From NCBI GenBank assembly GCA_037481835.1, contig JBBFKW010000002.1:64001-128000 (forward strand): 64,000 bases of DNA, given 5' to 3'. Positions 28,231 through 37,446 of this stretch are shown here, piece after piece (positions within the stretch are counted from its first letter, which is position 1; each line of letters begins with the position of its first letter). The DNA comes from Desulfosoma sp. Its GTDB lineage: Bacteria; Desulfobacterota; Syntrophobacteria; Syntrophobacterales; DSM-9756. The notes beneath the pieces were generated by a model. That model was not told the origin of the DNA. It was given only the letters and a program-made list of their open reading frames with translations, and ran no database searches. The position numbers were made by a program, and so were the translations under genes.

Positions 28231-29493
28231 ATGGCAAACACGGTGACACAAAGCATCATGGTGGTCGGAGGCGGCATGAGCGGATTGAGTGCCGCGGTGG
28301 AAGCCGCCGAGGCGGGCTACGAGGTCTTCCTGGTGGAGAAAAACCCCTACCTGGGAGGGCGTGTGGCGCAGCTGCACCAGTATTTCCCCAAACTGTGCCC
28401 TCCGTACTGCGGCTTGGAAATCAACTTCCGTCGCATCAAGGACAATCCCAGGGTCAAAGTGTTCACCATGGCGGAAGTGACCGCCATCCGCGGGGTGGAA
28501 GGAGACTTTGACGTGACGGTCAAGATCAGCCCGCGCTACGTCAACGAAAAGTGCACGGGCTGCGGCAAGTGCGCCGAGGCGTGCACGCTGGAAATCCAGA
28601 ATCCCTTCAACTACAACATGGACACCGTCAAGGCCGCTTATCTTCCCCATGACATGGCCTTCCCCATGCGCTACGTGTTGGACCCCTCTTTGGTGAAAAG
28701 CGCCGAAGCCCAAAAGGTCAAAGAGGCCTGTCCTTATGATGCCATCGAATTGGACATGGCGGAAAAGACGCTGGAACTCAAGGTGGGAAGCATTGTGTGG
28801 GCTACGGGGTGGAAGCCTTACGACGTCAAGAAGCTGGAAAACTACGGCGCGGGCGCCTTTGCCAACGTCATTACCAACGTTCAGATGGAACGGCTGGCGG
28901 CGTGGAACGGGCCGACCCAGGGGAAAATCCTTCGCCCCTCCGACGGCCAAGCCCCGAAGACCGTAGCCTTCGTCCAGTGCGCCGGGTCACGGGACCAAAA
29001 TCATCTGCCGTTTTGCTCCGGCATCTGCTGCCTCGCCTCATTGAAACAAGCGACCTACGTGCGGGAACAGATCCCCGACGCCACCATTTATTTCTTCTAC
29101 ATCGACGTGCGGGCGACGGACCGACTGGAAGATTTCGTCAACCGGGTCAAGGCCGACGACAAACTCGTCTTTTTCAAGGGCAAAGTGGCCAAGATCACGG
29201 AAGACGGCGCCAGCAAGAATCTGGTCTGCCGCGTGGAAAACACCATGACCGAAGAGCTCCATGAAATTCCGGTGGATCTGGTGGTGCTGGCGACCGGCAT
29301 GCAGCCCAACACATCCGAAACGCCGCTGCCCACGCCGGTTCCCTACGACGAATACGGTTTTGTGGCGTCCATGGACGCCATGCCGGGCATCTATGCAGCA
29401 GGCACGACCCGGACTCCGTGCAATGTGGCCGAATCCGTCGCCGACGGCACGGCAGCCGCTCTCAAAGCCATTCAATCCGTCGTGAGGAGGTAG
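28231..29493 (+). CDS. qmoA: QmoA (HdrA-like FAD/Fe-S subunit)
   Basis: GGGMSG FAD motif, YFPKLCPPYCGLEIN, QCAGSRD..CSGICC; first gene of the HdrA/HdrA-MvhD/HdrC-E trio. Confidence 0.93.
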   Translation: MANTVTQSIMVVGGGMSGLSAAVEAAEAGYEVFLVEKNPYLGGRVAQLHQYFPKLCPPYCGLEINFRRIKDNPRVKVFTMAEVTAIRGVEGDFDVTVKISPRYVNEKCTGCGKCAEACTLEIQNPFNYNMDTVKAAYLPHDMAFPMRYVLDPSLVKSAEAQKVKEACPYDAIELDMAEKTLELKVGSIVWATGWKPYDVKKLENYGAGAFANVITNVQMERLAAWNGPTQGKILRPSDGQAPKTVAFVQCAGSRDQNHLPFCSGICCLASLKQATYVREQIPDATIYFFYIDVRATDRLEDFVNRVKADDKLVFFKGKVAKITEDGASKNLVCRVENTMTEELHEIPVDLVVLATGMQPNTSETPLPTPVPYDEYGFVASMDAMPGIYAAGTTRTPCNVAESVADGTAAALKAIQSVVRR

Positions 29494-29497
29494 CTCA

Positions 29498-31738
29498 ATG
29501 GATAAGAAGCTTGCCACGTATATTTGTACCGGATGCGGCATCGGCGAGGCCCTGGACATAGAGCAGCTGTCCAAGGTGGCCCAAAAGGAATGCAAGGCCG
29601 CCTTGGTGAAAACCCATGCCTGCCTGTGCGGCCAGGACGGCGTCGCCATGCTCAAGGCGGACATCCAAAACGAGGGCGTCAACTGCCTGATGATTGCGGC
29701 CTGTTCCCCCCGGGTGATGTACGACGTCTTCCGTTTCGACGGCTGCCTGGTGGATCGGGTGAACCTGCGGGAGCAGGTGGCTTGGAGCCAAAAGCCCGGC
29801 GATGAAGACACGCAGATGATGGCCGAAGACTACCTGCGCATGTCCGCGGCCAAGATCGGCAAGATGGACCCGCCGGAACCGTACAAGCCGGAAGAGGAGA
29901 TTTCCAAGGACATCCTGATTGTCGGGGGCGGTGTGGCCGGGCTGACGGCGGCCAAGGAAGTGTCCCGGGCCGGCTACAAGGCCGTGCTCGTGGAACGGGA
30001 AAAAGAGCTGGGCGGGTTCCAGCGAAAGGTGGCCAAAATCGCCACGTTCCCATACAAGGGTTTGAAGGACAACGATGTGGAAGCCCTGGTTCAAGAGGTT
30101 TCCAAGGATGGGAACGTCACCGTTTACACGGGCGCTAAAATCGAAAAGACCGTGGGCGGCCCCGGTGTCTTCAAGGTGACCATCGCCCAAAACGGCGCCG
30201 TCAAGGAACACAAAGTGGGCGCCATCGTCATGGCCGCCGGCTGGAAACCTTATGACCCGAGCCAGCTCGATCCCAAGCTGGGATACGGACAGTCCCCCAA
30301 CGTGATCACCAACGTCCAGTTTGAAGAAATGGCCAAAAACGGCGGCGTAAAACGCCCCAGCGACGGCGCGGTGCCGAACAATGTGGCCTTCTTGCAGTGC
30401 GCCGGGCAGCGCGATCCGGAAAAGCTCCCCTATTGTTCTTCGGTGTGCTGCACGACGAGCCTCAAGCAGGCGATTTTCATCAAGGAGACGAACCCCGAAG
30501 CCAACGTTTACATCTTCTTCAAGGAAATGAGGACCCCGGGACAGGCCGAAGACCTCTACAGGAAGGCCCAGGAAGAAGGGGTCATTTTCATCCGGTGCCA
30601 GGATCCTCAGGTGAAGGCATCGGGGGCGTCCGTCACCGTGGAAGCCCTGGACGACCTCCTGGGCGATACGGTGCTGCTGGAAGATTTGGATCTGGTGGTT
30701 CTGGCCACGGGGATGGTGCCGGTGACGGCCTTCGGGGAAGACTATGCGCAGGTGCGGGCGCGCCTGAGGGCGGGGGAAACGGAACAGAAGAAGGAAGAAG
30801 AAGAGCTGGAAGTGCCGCAGGACGCCATCCTGGTTTCCGACATCCTCAATTTGGAATACCGCCAGGGGCCGGAACTTCCCGGGTTGCGTTACGGTTTTCC
30901 CGATTCCCACTTCATCTGCTTCCCCTACGAAACCCGGCGGACGGGCATCTACGCCGCCGGCTGCGTGCGCCGTCCCATGGGGGTTGCGGCGGCCTTTGAA
31001 GACGGCGCCGGTGCGGCCATGAAGGCCATTCAGTGTGTGGAAATGGTGAGCCAAGGCAAGGCCGTGCATCCTCGGGCCGGGGATATGAGCTTCCCCGAAT
31101 TCTTCATGCAGCGCTGCACCCAGTGCAAGCGATGCACGGAAGAGTGTCCTTTCGGCGCCATCAACGAAGACGAAAAAGGCAATCCCTTGCCCCAGCCTAC
31201 CCGATGCCGCCGCTGCGGCGTGTGCATGGGCGCTTGCCCGGAACGGATCATCTCCTTCAAGAACTACTCCGTGGGCATGATCGGCGATATCATCAAGTCC
31301 ATCGAGGTTCCCGAAGAAGACGAGGAAAAACCGCGCATTGTCGTCCTGGCGTGTGAAAACGACGCCTACCCGGCTCTCGATATGGCGGGGTTGCGGCGCA
31401 TGACCTACAACGCGTGGGTGCGGGTCATCCCCATGCGTTGTCTGGGCTCCATGAACCTCATCTTCATCGCCGACGCCCTGTCCAAGGGCATTGACGGCGT
31501 GCTGCTCCTGGGGTGCAAGTACGGCGACGACTACCAATGCCACTTCGTCAAGGGATCGGAACTGGCCAACATCCGGCTGAGCAAGGTCAAGGAAACCCTG
31601 GACCGCCTGGTGCTGGAATCGGACCGGGTGCGTTTCGAAACGGTGGCCATTTCGGATTACGACAAGCTGCCTAAAATTTTGGATGATTTCGCGGAAACCC
31701 TGGAAGGCGTGGGGCCGAACCCATACAAGGGATTCTAA
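29498..31738 (+). CDS. qmoB: QmoB (HdrA plus ferredoxin plus MvhD fusion)
   Basis: YICTGCGIG, ACSPR, QCAGQRD, two CxxCxxCxxxCP, C-terminal MvhD (ACENDAYPA, RCLGS, GCKYGDDYQCHF). Confidence 0.94.
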   Translation: MDKKLATYICTGCGIGEALDIEQLSKVAQKECKAALVKTHACLCGQDGVAMLKADIQNEGVNCLMIAACSPRVMYDVFRFDGCLVDRVNLREQVAWSQKPGDEDTQMMAEDYLRMSAAKIGKMDPPEPYKPEEEISKDILIVGGGVAGLTAAKEVSRAGYKAVLVEREKELGGFQRKVAKIATFPYKGLKDNDVEALVQEVSKDGNVTVYTGAKIEKTVGGPGVFKVTIAQNGAVKEHKVGAIVMAAGWKPYDPSQLDPKLGYGQSPNVITNVQFEEMAKNGGVKRPSDGAVPNNVAFLQCAGQRDPEKLPYCSSVCCTTSLKQAIFIKETNPEANVYIFFKEMRTPGQAEDLYRKAQEEGVIFIRCQDPQVKASGASVTVEALDDLLGDTVLLEDLDLVVLATGMVPVTAFGEDYAQVRARLRAGETEQKKEEEELEVPQDAILVSDILNLEYRQGPELPGLRYGFPDSHFICFPYETRRTGIYAAGCVRRPMGVAAAFEDGAGAAMKAIQCVEMVSQGKAVHPRAGDMSFPEFFMQRCTQCKRCTEECPFGAINEDEKGNPLPQPTRCRRCGVCMGACPERIISFKNYSVGMIGDIIKSIEVPEEDEEKPRIVVLACENDAYPALDMAGLRRMTYNAWVRVIPMRCLGSMNLIFIADALSKGIDGVLLLGCKYGDDYQCHFVKGSELANIRLSKVKETLDRLVLESDRVRFETVAISDYDKLPKILDDFAETLEGVGPNPYKGF

Positions 31739-31779
31739 GTGGTGCGCCCAAAGGACGATCAAAGCGAGGAGGCCTGAGG

Positions 31780-32997
31780 ATGAGTATCAAGGTGGATCCG
31801 AACTTGATGAAGGATCTGAAGCACTTCGGGTTGAAGGATGCCAGCAAGTGCTTCCATTGCGGGAACTGCACCGCCGTGTGCCCGCTTTCGGAAACGGGGA
31901 CGCCTTTCCCGCGCAAGCTGGTCAAATACGCGCAAATGGGGCTGAAGGACAAGATCCTCCAGTCCACGGAACCTTGGCTGTGCTACTACTGCGGCACCTG
32001 TTCCGACAACTGCCCGCGCGGGGCCGATCCCGGCGAGACCATGATGGTCATGCGCCGCTACTTGACGAGCCTGTACGACTGGACGGGGTTTTCCCGAAAA
32101 TTCTACACCTCGGAAAAATTTGAAATCATGGCCGTGATCGTGACGGGTCTTTTCGTCGGGCTCCTCATGCTGCTTATTCACGGGGAATTCGACTGGCAGC
32201 ACGCCTCCCTGGAAAAGGCCTGGCCGGCCCACGGGATGGAAATCGCCGACCTCATCATGGCCTCCATCCTGTCGTTTTTCCTGTTGACCAACGTGTACCG
32301 GTTCATGAAGTTCACCATGGGGGATCTCTTGACCAAGATTCCCCTGCGCATATACGCCAGCCAAGCCAAGGAACTGGTGCTCCATTTCCTCACCCAAAAG
32401 CGCTGGGCCAAGTGCGAGGACCGGACCCAGTGGGTCATCCACCTGCTCATCATGACGGGCTACACCACGGCCTTCATCCTGGTGGCCGTCCTCCTTGCGG
32501 GCGGCTTGGCCGTCTTGGGCCTGACGTGGGAACCGCTACGGTTCCAGCGGCCCTTTGATCCCGCCACGGGTCGGGATGTGATCTATCCCATCTTCCATCC
32601 CATCCGCCTTTTGGGCTACTACGCGACCGTCGCCATTTTGATCGGCGCCACGTACGCCCTGATCGGCCGCTTCAAGAGGAGCAAGGCGCCGTACAAGAAT
32701 TCCCACGGCACAGACTGGATGTTCCTGGTGCTTTTGGAACTCACGGTCATCACGGGGATTTGCGTGCACATTCTGCGCCTCATGGACATTCCCTTCGCGA
32801 CCTACGCCATGTACATCCTCCACCTCATGATCGCCGTGCCCATGCTCGTCTTGGAAGTGCCCTTCTCCAAATGGTCGCACTTGGCCTACCGACCCATGGC
32901 AGCGTACCTTAAAGGTGTGAAAGAAAAATACTTTGCCGAAATCCAAGGCGCGCAGGCTCAGGCTCCGGCCGCGGAATCGGCCCAAGCCGAAGCCTAG
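31780..32997 (+). CDS. qmoC: QmoC (HdrC Fe-S domain plus membrane heme b domain)
   Basis: CFHCGNCTAVCP, CYYCGTCSDNCP, about 6 TMs, PFSKWSHLAYRP. Confidence 0.93.
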   Translation: MSIKVDPNLMKDLKHFGLKDASKCFHCGNCTAVCPLSETGTPFPRKLVKYAQMGLKDKILQSTEPWLCYYCGTCSDNCPRGADPGETMMVMRRYLTSLYDWTGFSRKFYTSEKFEIMAVIVTGLFVGLLMLLIHGEFDWQHASLEKAWPAHGMEIADLIMASILSFFLLTNVYRFMKFTMGDLLTKIPLRIYASQAKELVLHFLTQKRWAKCEDRTQWVIHLLIMTGYTTAFILVAVLLAGGLAVLGLTWEPLRFQRPFDPATGRDVIYPIFHPIRLLGYYATVAILIGATYALIGRFKRSKAPYKNSHGTDWMFLVLLELTVITGICVHILRLMDIPFATYAMYILHLMIAVPMLVLEVPFSKWSHLAYRPMAAYLKGVKEKYFAEIQGAQAQAPAAESAQAEA

Positions 32998-33119
32998 GAG
33001 GCTGTCTGAGAAGGAACCCGAAGGCCTCTTGTCCTGGGAGCGCGGGCCTCCGGCCTGCACGAGAAGCGGGCGAGACGCCCGCGCTCCCAGGAATATGCCA
33101 TTCTCGGACAAGCTCCTAG
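32994..33119 (+). mobile_element. MITE copy 2 (118 bp between CTAG repeats) with a REP-like hairpin interior
   Basis: CTAG-GAGGCTGTCTGAGAA...TTCTCGGACAAGCTC-CTAG; interior TCCTGGGAGCGCGGGC...GCCCGCGCTCCCAGGA. Confidence 0.82.
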
Positions 33120-33124
33120 AAAAA

Positions 33125-33157
33125 ATCCCCTCTCCCTCTCTCAAGGGGGAGAGGGGA
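33125..33157. repeat. CCCCTCTCCC/GGGAGAGGGG hairpin (REP-like or terminator)
   Basis: TCCCCTCTCCC-TCTCTCAAGG-GGGAGAGGGGA, between convergent qmoC and glcD. Confidence 0.55.
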
Positions 33158-33415
33158 AGCCTCAGGGCGGGAGCCGTCCACGGACCCGCCCGAAATTTTT
33201 ACAAGCTCCGTTTGTCTCGGGAGCATCGGAAGTTCTCAGGGGCGTCGTCGTCTTCCATCAAGACGGACGTGATGTTCGTGTGGATGTTGCCGTCTCGCCC
33301 CAGTTTCCCCCATGCCCCTTCCGGAAAGACGCCAAGGAAGCCTCGGACTTCGAACCGTCCATAGGGCCTTTTGTCTCCCCTCCGATGGCGAACTTCCGCT
33401 GCGGGCTCCGCAGGC

Positions 33416-34846
33416 TCAGCGGGAGGGGGTTGTGTGGAAAAAGGCGCGGTTGGGCGTGAACATTTTTCCGGGATTCAAAATGTCGTTGGGGTCCAAGGCT
33501 CGTTTGATGCGCAGCATGGCGTCGAAGGCCCCGGGGTCCACTTCCCACTGGAAAAAAGGGCTCTTGGTGATGCCGATGCCGTGTTCGCCGGAAAGGGTTC
33601 CCCCGAGCCGCAGCACTTCCGCGAAGAGTTCTTCCACCGCCTTTTCGGCGCGCTTCATTTCCTCCGGGTTGGACCGGTCCACCATGATGTTCGTGTGGAT
33701 GTTGCCGTCTCCCGCATGACCGAAACTCACAATGACGAGGTCATACTTTCGGGCGAGGCCCTGGTTGAAGGTGATGAGTTCTGCGATGCGCGATCTGGGG
33801 ACCGTGACGTCTTCGTTGATCTTGCCGGTCCGGATGCGACCCAGCGCCGGGGAGATGGCGCGACGGGCGGCCCAGAGTTTTTCCCGGTCCTCGGGGGTTT
33901 CCGCCCTGGTGACCTGGGTCGCGCCGTGGTCTCGGAAAATTTGATCCATGGCGGAGACCTGGCGGGGGAGGACTTCCGGGGGGCCGTCCAGTTCGGCGAT
34001 GAGGAGCCCTTCCGCTTCGGCGGGAATCCCCAAGGGGACGTGGTTTTCCACGGCCTGAAGGGTCGCCCGGTCCAGGATTTCCAGACACGTGGGCACGATG
34101 CGCGCCTTGAGGACGGCGGCGACGGCCCGGCCGGCCGCATCGATTCTCGGAAAAACGGCCGAGACGGTCATGACCGCTTCCGGGGCCGGGATGAGGCGCA
34201 AAACGACTTTTGTGATCACGCCCAGGGTTCCTTCCGATCCCACCAAGAGGCGCGTGAGGTCGTAGCCGACGACCCCTTTCATGGTGCGGGTTCCCGTAGT
34301 GATCCGTTCTCCCGTGGGAAGGACCGCTTCCAGTCCTAGCACGTAATCCCGCGTGACCCCGTATTTTACAGCCCGAGGGCCTCCGGCGCAGGTCGCCACA
34401 TTGCCGCCGATGGTGCTGAATTCCAAGCTGGCCGGATCGGGCGGATAAAACAAGCCGTATTGCGCCACGGTCTTCTGGAAGACTCCCGTGACCACGGCGG
34501 GTTCCACCACGGCCACCATGTCGTCGGGGTGGATTTCCAGGATGCGGTTCAATCGGGCGAGGGAAAGGACGACGCCGCCGCGATCGGGGACGGCGCCGCC
34601 CACCATGCCGCTTCCCGCTCCTCGAGGATAGACCGGAAAACGATACCGGTTGGCCAGCCGAAGGATGCCGCCGACTTGGGCGGCATCGGCGGGAAAGACT
34701 ACGGCTTGAGGCGGGGCGCTGAGCTTGCTCGCATCGTAGCCGTATGGGACGCGGTCCTCCAGGGCCGTGAGGACATGCCCATGGCCGACGATGTCTCGAA
34801 GCATGTCCAGAACTTCATGGGGCATGGAAGGGGCGGGGGCTTTCAT
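33416..34846 (-). CDS. glcD: FAD-linked oxidase, glycolate/D-lactate dehydrogenase subunit (GlcD family)
   Basis: PRGAGSG, YPPDPAS, TIGGNVA, KYGVTRDYV, GSEGTLG, GHAGDGNIH, GEHGIG, ILNPGK. Confidence 0.92.
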   Translation of the reverse strand: MKAPAPSMPHEVLDMLRDIVGHGHVLTALEDRVPYGYDASKLSAPPQAVVFPADAAQVGGILRLANRYRFPVYPRGAGSGMVGGAVPDRGGVVLSLARLNRILEIHPDDMVAVVEPAVVTGVFQKTVAQYGLFYPPDPASLEFSTIGGNVATCAGGPRAVKYGVTRDYVLGLEAVLPTGERITTGTRTMKGVVGYDLTRLLVGSEGTLGVITKVVLRLIPAPEAVMTVSAVFPRIDAAGRAVAAVLKARIVPTCLEILDRATLQAVENHVPLGIPAEAEGLLIAELDGPPEVLPRQVSAMDQIFRDHGATQVTRAETPEDREKLWAARRAISPALGRIRTGKINEDVTVPRSRIAELITFNQGLARKYDLVIVSFGHAGDGNIHTNIMVDRSNPEEMKRAEKAVEELFAEVLRLGGTLSGEHGIGITKSPFFQWEVDPGAFDAMLRIKRALDPNDILNPGKMFTPNRAFFHTTPSR

Positions 34847-34969
34847 GGTCTCTTCGGCGGCCTTTTCGGTGTCGGTTCTCGACCTTTTGCCTTTCGGTTA
34901 CGAAAGTAAATATACTAACGGCAGCAGCGAGTCCAATGTCATGAGATGGGGCGGGAGGAGAAAACGGCG

Positions 34970-36091
34970 GTGAAGCCGGTTGTCGCCATCCTTCTTTGTG
35001 TGGTGCTCTGGGGGGCGGCCGAAGCCCAGGGGCCCTCGGCGGATTTCCTCAAGGTCACCGGGCCGTGCGCCATGACCTTTCCCAAGGACCACGGAGCGCA
35101 TCCCGGATACCGCACCGAATGGTGGTACTACACGGGGAACGTGCGCACGGCATCCGGACGGCTCTTCGGCTTCCAGCTGACCTTTTTTCGCTCCCAGCTG
35201 AGTCCGGGCTTGGACGACGCGGGTCCTGACGGTCCGACGTCTCCCTGGCGGACGAACCAGATGTACTTCGCCCATGCGGCCTTGAGCGACGTACAGGGTA
35301 AGCGGTTTTTCTATGGGCAGAAGGCCCTTCGGGGCGCCTTGGGCCTGGCTGGCGTTGAAGCAGCCCGGGATAGCGTGACGGTCCGGGTCCATCCCTGGTG
35401 GGCTTCCATCGGGGCGGATGTCCAGGAGCTTCGAGCCGACACGGCGCAGTTCGCTGTGAATCTGCGCCTTGTGCCCCGAAAGAACCTGATCCTTCACGGC
35501 CTGGAGGGCTACAGCCTCAAGGGGTCGAGTCCTCACCGGGCGAGCTGTTATTATAGTTTTACGCGATTGGCCGCGGAAGGGCATGTGCGGGTGGGCACCG
35601 AGACCCATGCCGTCACCGGCCTTGCCTGGATGGACCACGAATACAGTTCGGAACCCCTGGAGCCGGGCCTCCAGGGCTGGGATTGGTTCAGCCTGCAGCT
35701 CTCCGACGGAACCGAACTCATGCTCTTCGGCCTGCGGCAAAAAGACGGGTCCTGGCACGGCGCGTCCGCCGGGACCTTCGTGGACGCTTCGGGAACGGCG
35801 CGCCGACTCCAGCGGGACGATTTCTCCGTGAACGTGCTCTCGTTCTGGAAGAGCCCCCGATCCAAAGCGACCTATCCCGCCCAATGGCGCCTTCGGGTGC
35901 CGGCGCTCGCTCTGGATCTTCACCTGAAGCCCCATTTGGCGGACCAGGAGCTGGACACCGGGTCCAGCACCGGCGTCACCTACTGGGAAGGCTCCATCGG
36001 CTGCCGCGGCACGCGGGACGGCGCCCCCGTGGACGGGGCGGGCTACGTGGAACTGACCGGCTACGCCCGCCCGTTCGACGCGCCGCTTTAA
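34970..36091 (+). CDS. Exported CrtC/AttH-like (lipocalin-like) protein
   Basis: FPKDHGAHPGYRTEWWYYTG, YYSFTRL, WMDHEYS, GWDWFSLQL, YWEG, GYVELTGY. GTG start after GGAGGAG. Confidence 0.88.
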   Translation: MKPVVAILLCVVLWGAAEAQGPSADFLKVTGPCAMTFPKDHGAHPGYRTEWWYYTGNVRTASGRLFGFQLTFFRSQLSPGLDDAGPDGPTSPWRTNQMYFAHAALSDVQGKRFFYGQKALRGALGLAGVEAARDSVTVRVHPWWASIGADVQELRADTAQFAVNLRLVPRKNLILHGLEGYSLKGSSPHRASCYYSFTRLAAEGHVRVGTETHAVTGLAWMDHEYSSEPLEPGLQGWDWFSLQLSDGTELMLFGLRQKDGSWHGASAGTFVDASGTARRLQRDDFSVNVLSFWKSPRSKATYPAQWRLRVPALALDLHLKPHLADQELDTGSSTGVTYWEGSIGCRGTRDGAPVDGAGYVELTGYARPFDAPL

Positions 36092-36111
36092 AAACCCCTC
36101 CACCCCACCCC

Positions 36112-36141
36112 TTGACTTTCACCATATATTCACCTTACCAT
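36112..36141 (+). promoter_or_regulatory. Putative imuB-dnaE2 promoter with a direct-repeat operator
   Basis: TTGACT-N18-TACCAT with TTCACC-ATATA-TTCACC in the spacer. Confidence 0.5.
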
Positions 36142-36250
36142 GACAGAGCGAAGACGCCTCGGGAAGATGCCCCGGAGTTCGATCTGTGGGCATCCATGAG
36201 GGCCTTGGGGCCGGCCTCCGAAGGGGAGGCGCAGGGGGAGGTTTCGGGTC

Positions 36251-37423
36251 ATGGAACGAGCGGTGCTGCACCTGCATGTGCCGGATTTTTGTGCGGTTTT
36301 GGAAGAGCTTCGGGATCCGTCCCGGGCGCGCCGCCCCTTGGCGGTGGCCGATCCCGGGGGGCGGGCCGTGATTCTGGCGGTCAACCGCGTCGCTCGCCGG
36401 GAAGGCCTCCGCGAAGGAATGCCGTACGCTGCGGCCGTGCGGCGCTGCCGTGCCGTGCAGGTGGTGCCTCCCGACCGACCCTTCTACCGCCGGGCCCATG
36501 AAACCATCCTGGGGGATCTTGCGGCCTTTTCCCCTCTGGTGGAGGGCGGCCCTTTAGGCCGCTACTTCGTCGATCTTTCGGGAACCCGGCGTTTGTGGGG
36601 GCCGGCGACGGACACGGCCTGCCGTCTGGAAGAGCATCTCCTTCGGCGCCATGGGCTGGCGACCCGGGCGGGTCTTGCAGGAAACAAGCTGGTGAGTCAG
36701 GTGGCCGCCGAATGCGTGGGCGTGGGGGATGTGAGTCGGGTGTTTGCGGGCGGGGAACGCACCTTTCTGCACGGGCTTCCCGTGGAGGTCCTTCCGGGGG
36801 TGGGGGCCAAGACGGCGGAGCGGCTCATGGATTTCAACATCCGCAGGGTGGGGGAGCTGGCGGTTCTGAGTTCCGGGGACCTCTTTCCCGTTTTCGGGGG
36901 GCATGCCCCTCGGCTTCTTCGCTTGGCCCGCGGCGAAGACGATCTCCCGGTGGTGCCTTTCGAAAAAGAGGCCGCTCTTCGGCTGGTGCGCGACCTGGAA
37001 CGGGACGAGATCGATCGGGAGCGGATCGAGGCCGTTTTGTTCGATCTTGTGGAAGAAGGGGGCTGGGTGTTGAGGCGCCGCAACCGCGTTCCAGGCCGGA
37101 TCCTTTTGGAAGTGCGCTACGCCGACGGGATGGAGGTCCAGGGGGCGCGGGATGTGGGATTCACGGGCCAGGTTTTGGATCGAGTTCTTTTCGAAACGGT
37201 CCGCGATTGTGCCCGTTCGGTGATCCGAAGGCGCGTGGCGGTGCGCCGGATGGCCGTGACCTGGACCCGATTCCGGGTTCCCTTGCGGCAGCTGGCCCTG
37301 TTTCCCGAAGCGGGGTCGGCCGGGGGGCGGGAACGGCGGATCCAGGAGGCTTTGGACGCTGTGCGCCGCCGCTACGGCCGAGGCGCCATCTTTTGGGGAG
37401 TGACGACCCTCGGGGGCGCGTAG
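36251..37423 (+). CDS. imuB: Catalytically degenerate Y-family polymerase (ImuB-like)
   Basis: DinB fold (ARREGLREGM, NKLVS, LPGVGAKT) but the catalytic acidic motifs are replaced (HLHVPDF for HxDMDxF; PLGRYFVD for SIDEAxxD). Clamp motif QLALF; upstream of dnaE2. Confidence 0.82.
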   Translation: MERAVLHLHVPDFCAVLEELRDPSRARRPLAVADPGGRAVILAVNRVARREGLREGMPYAAAVRRCRAVQVVPPDRPFYRRAHETILGDLAAFSPLVEGGPLGRYFVDLSGTRRLWGPATDTACRLEEHLLRRHGLATRAGLAGNKLVSQVAAECVGVGDVSRVFAGGERTFLHGLPVEVLPGVGAKTAERLMDFNIRRVGELAVLSSGDLFPVFGGHAPRLLRLARGEDDLPVVPFEKEAALRLVRDLERDEIDRERIEAVLFDLVEEGGWVLRRRNRVPGRILLEVRYADGMEVQGARDVGFTGQVLDRVLFETVRDCARSVIRRRVAVRRMAVTWTRFRVPLRQLALFPEAGSAGGRERRIQEALDAVRRRYGRGAIFWGVTTLGGA

Positions 37424-37446
37424 GGGACCGGAGCCTGGGAAAAACC

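Noticed and set aside
28231..32997. Methanogen-type HdrABC or Flx-Hdr
   Set aside because: No HdrB CCG subunit; the HdrA, HdrA-MvhD, HdrC-membrane layout is that of QmoABC.
33270..33711. 27-bp duplicate as a DGR template/variable repeat or CRISPR spacer
   Set aside because: Too short, no adenine-specific mismatches, no reverse transcriptase and no flanking repeats.
36595..37446. Apparent 284-aa N-terminal extension of DnaE2 (1321-aa ORF)
   Set aside because: G/R/P-rich alternative frame overlapping imuB; the PHP domain starts at ATG 37447.
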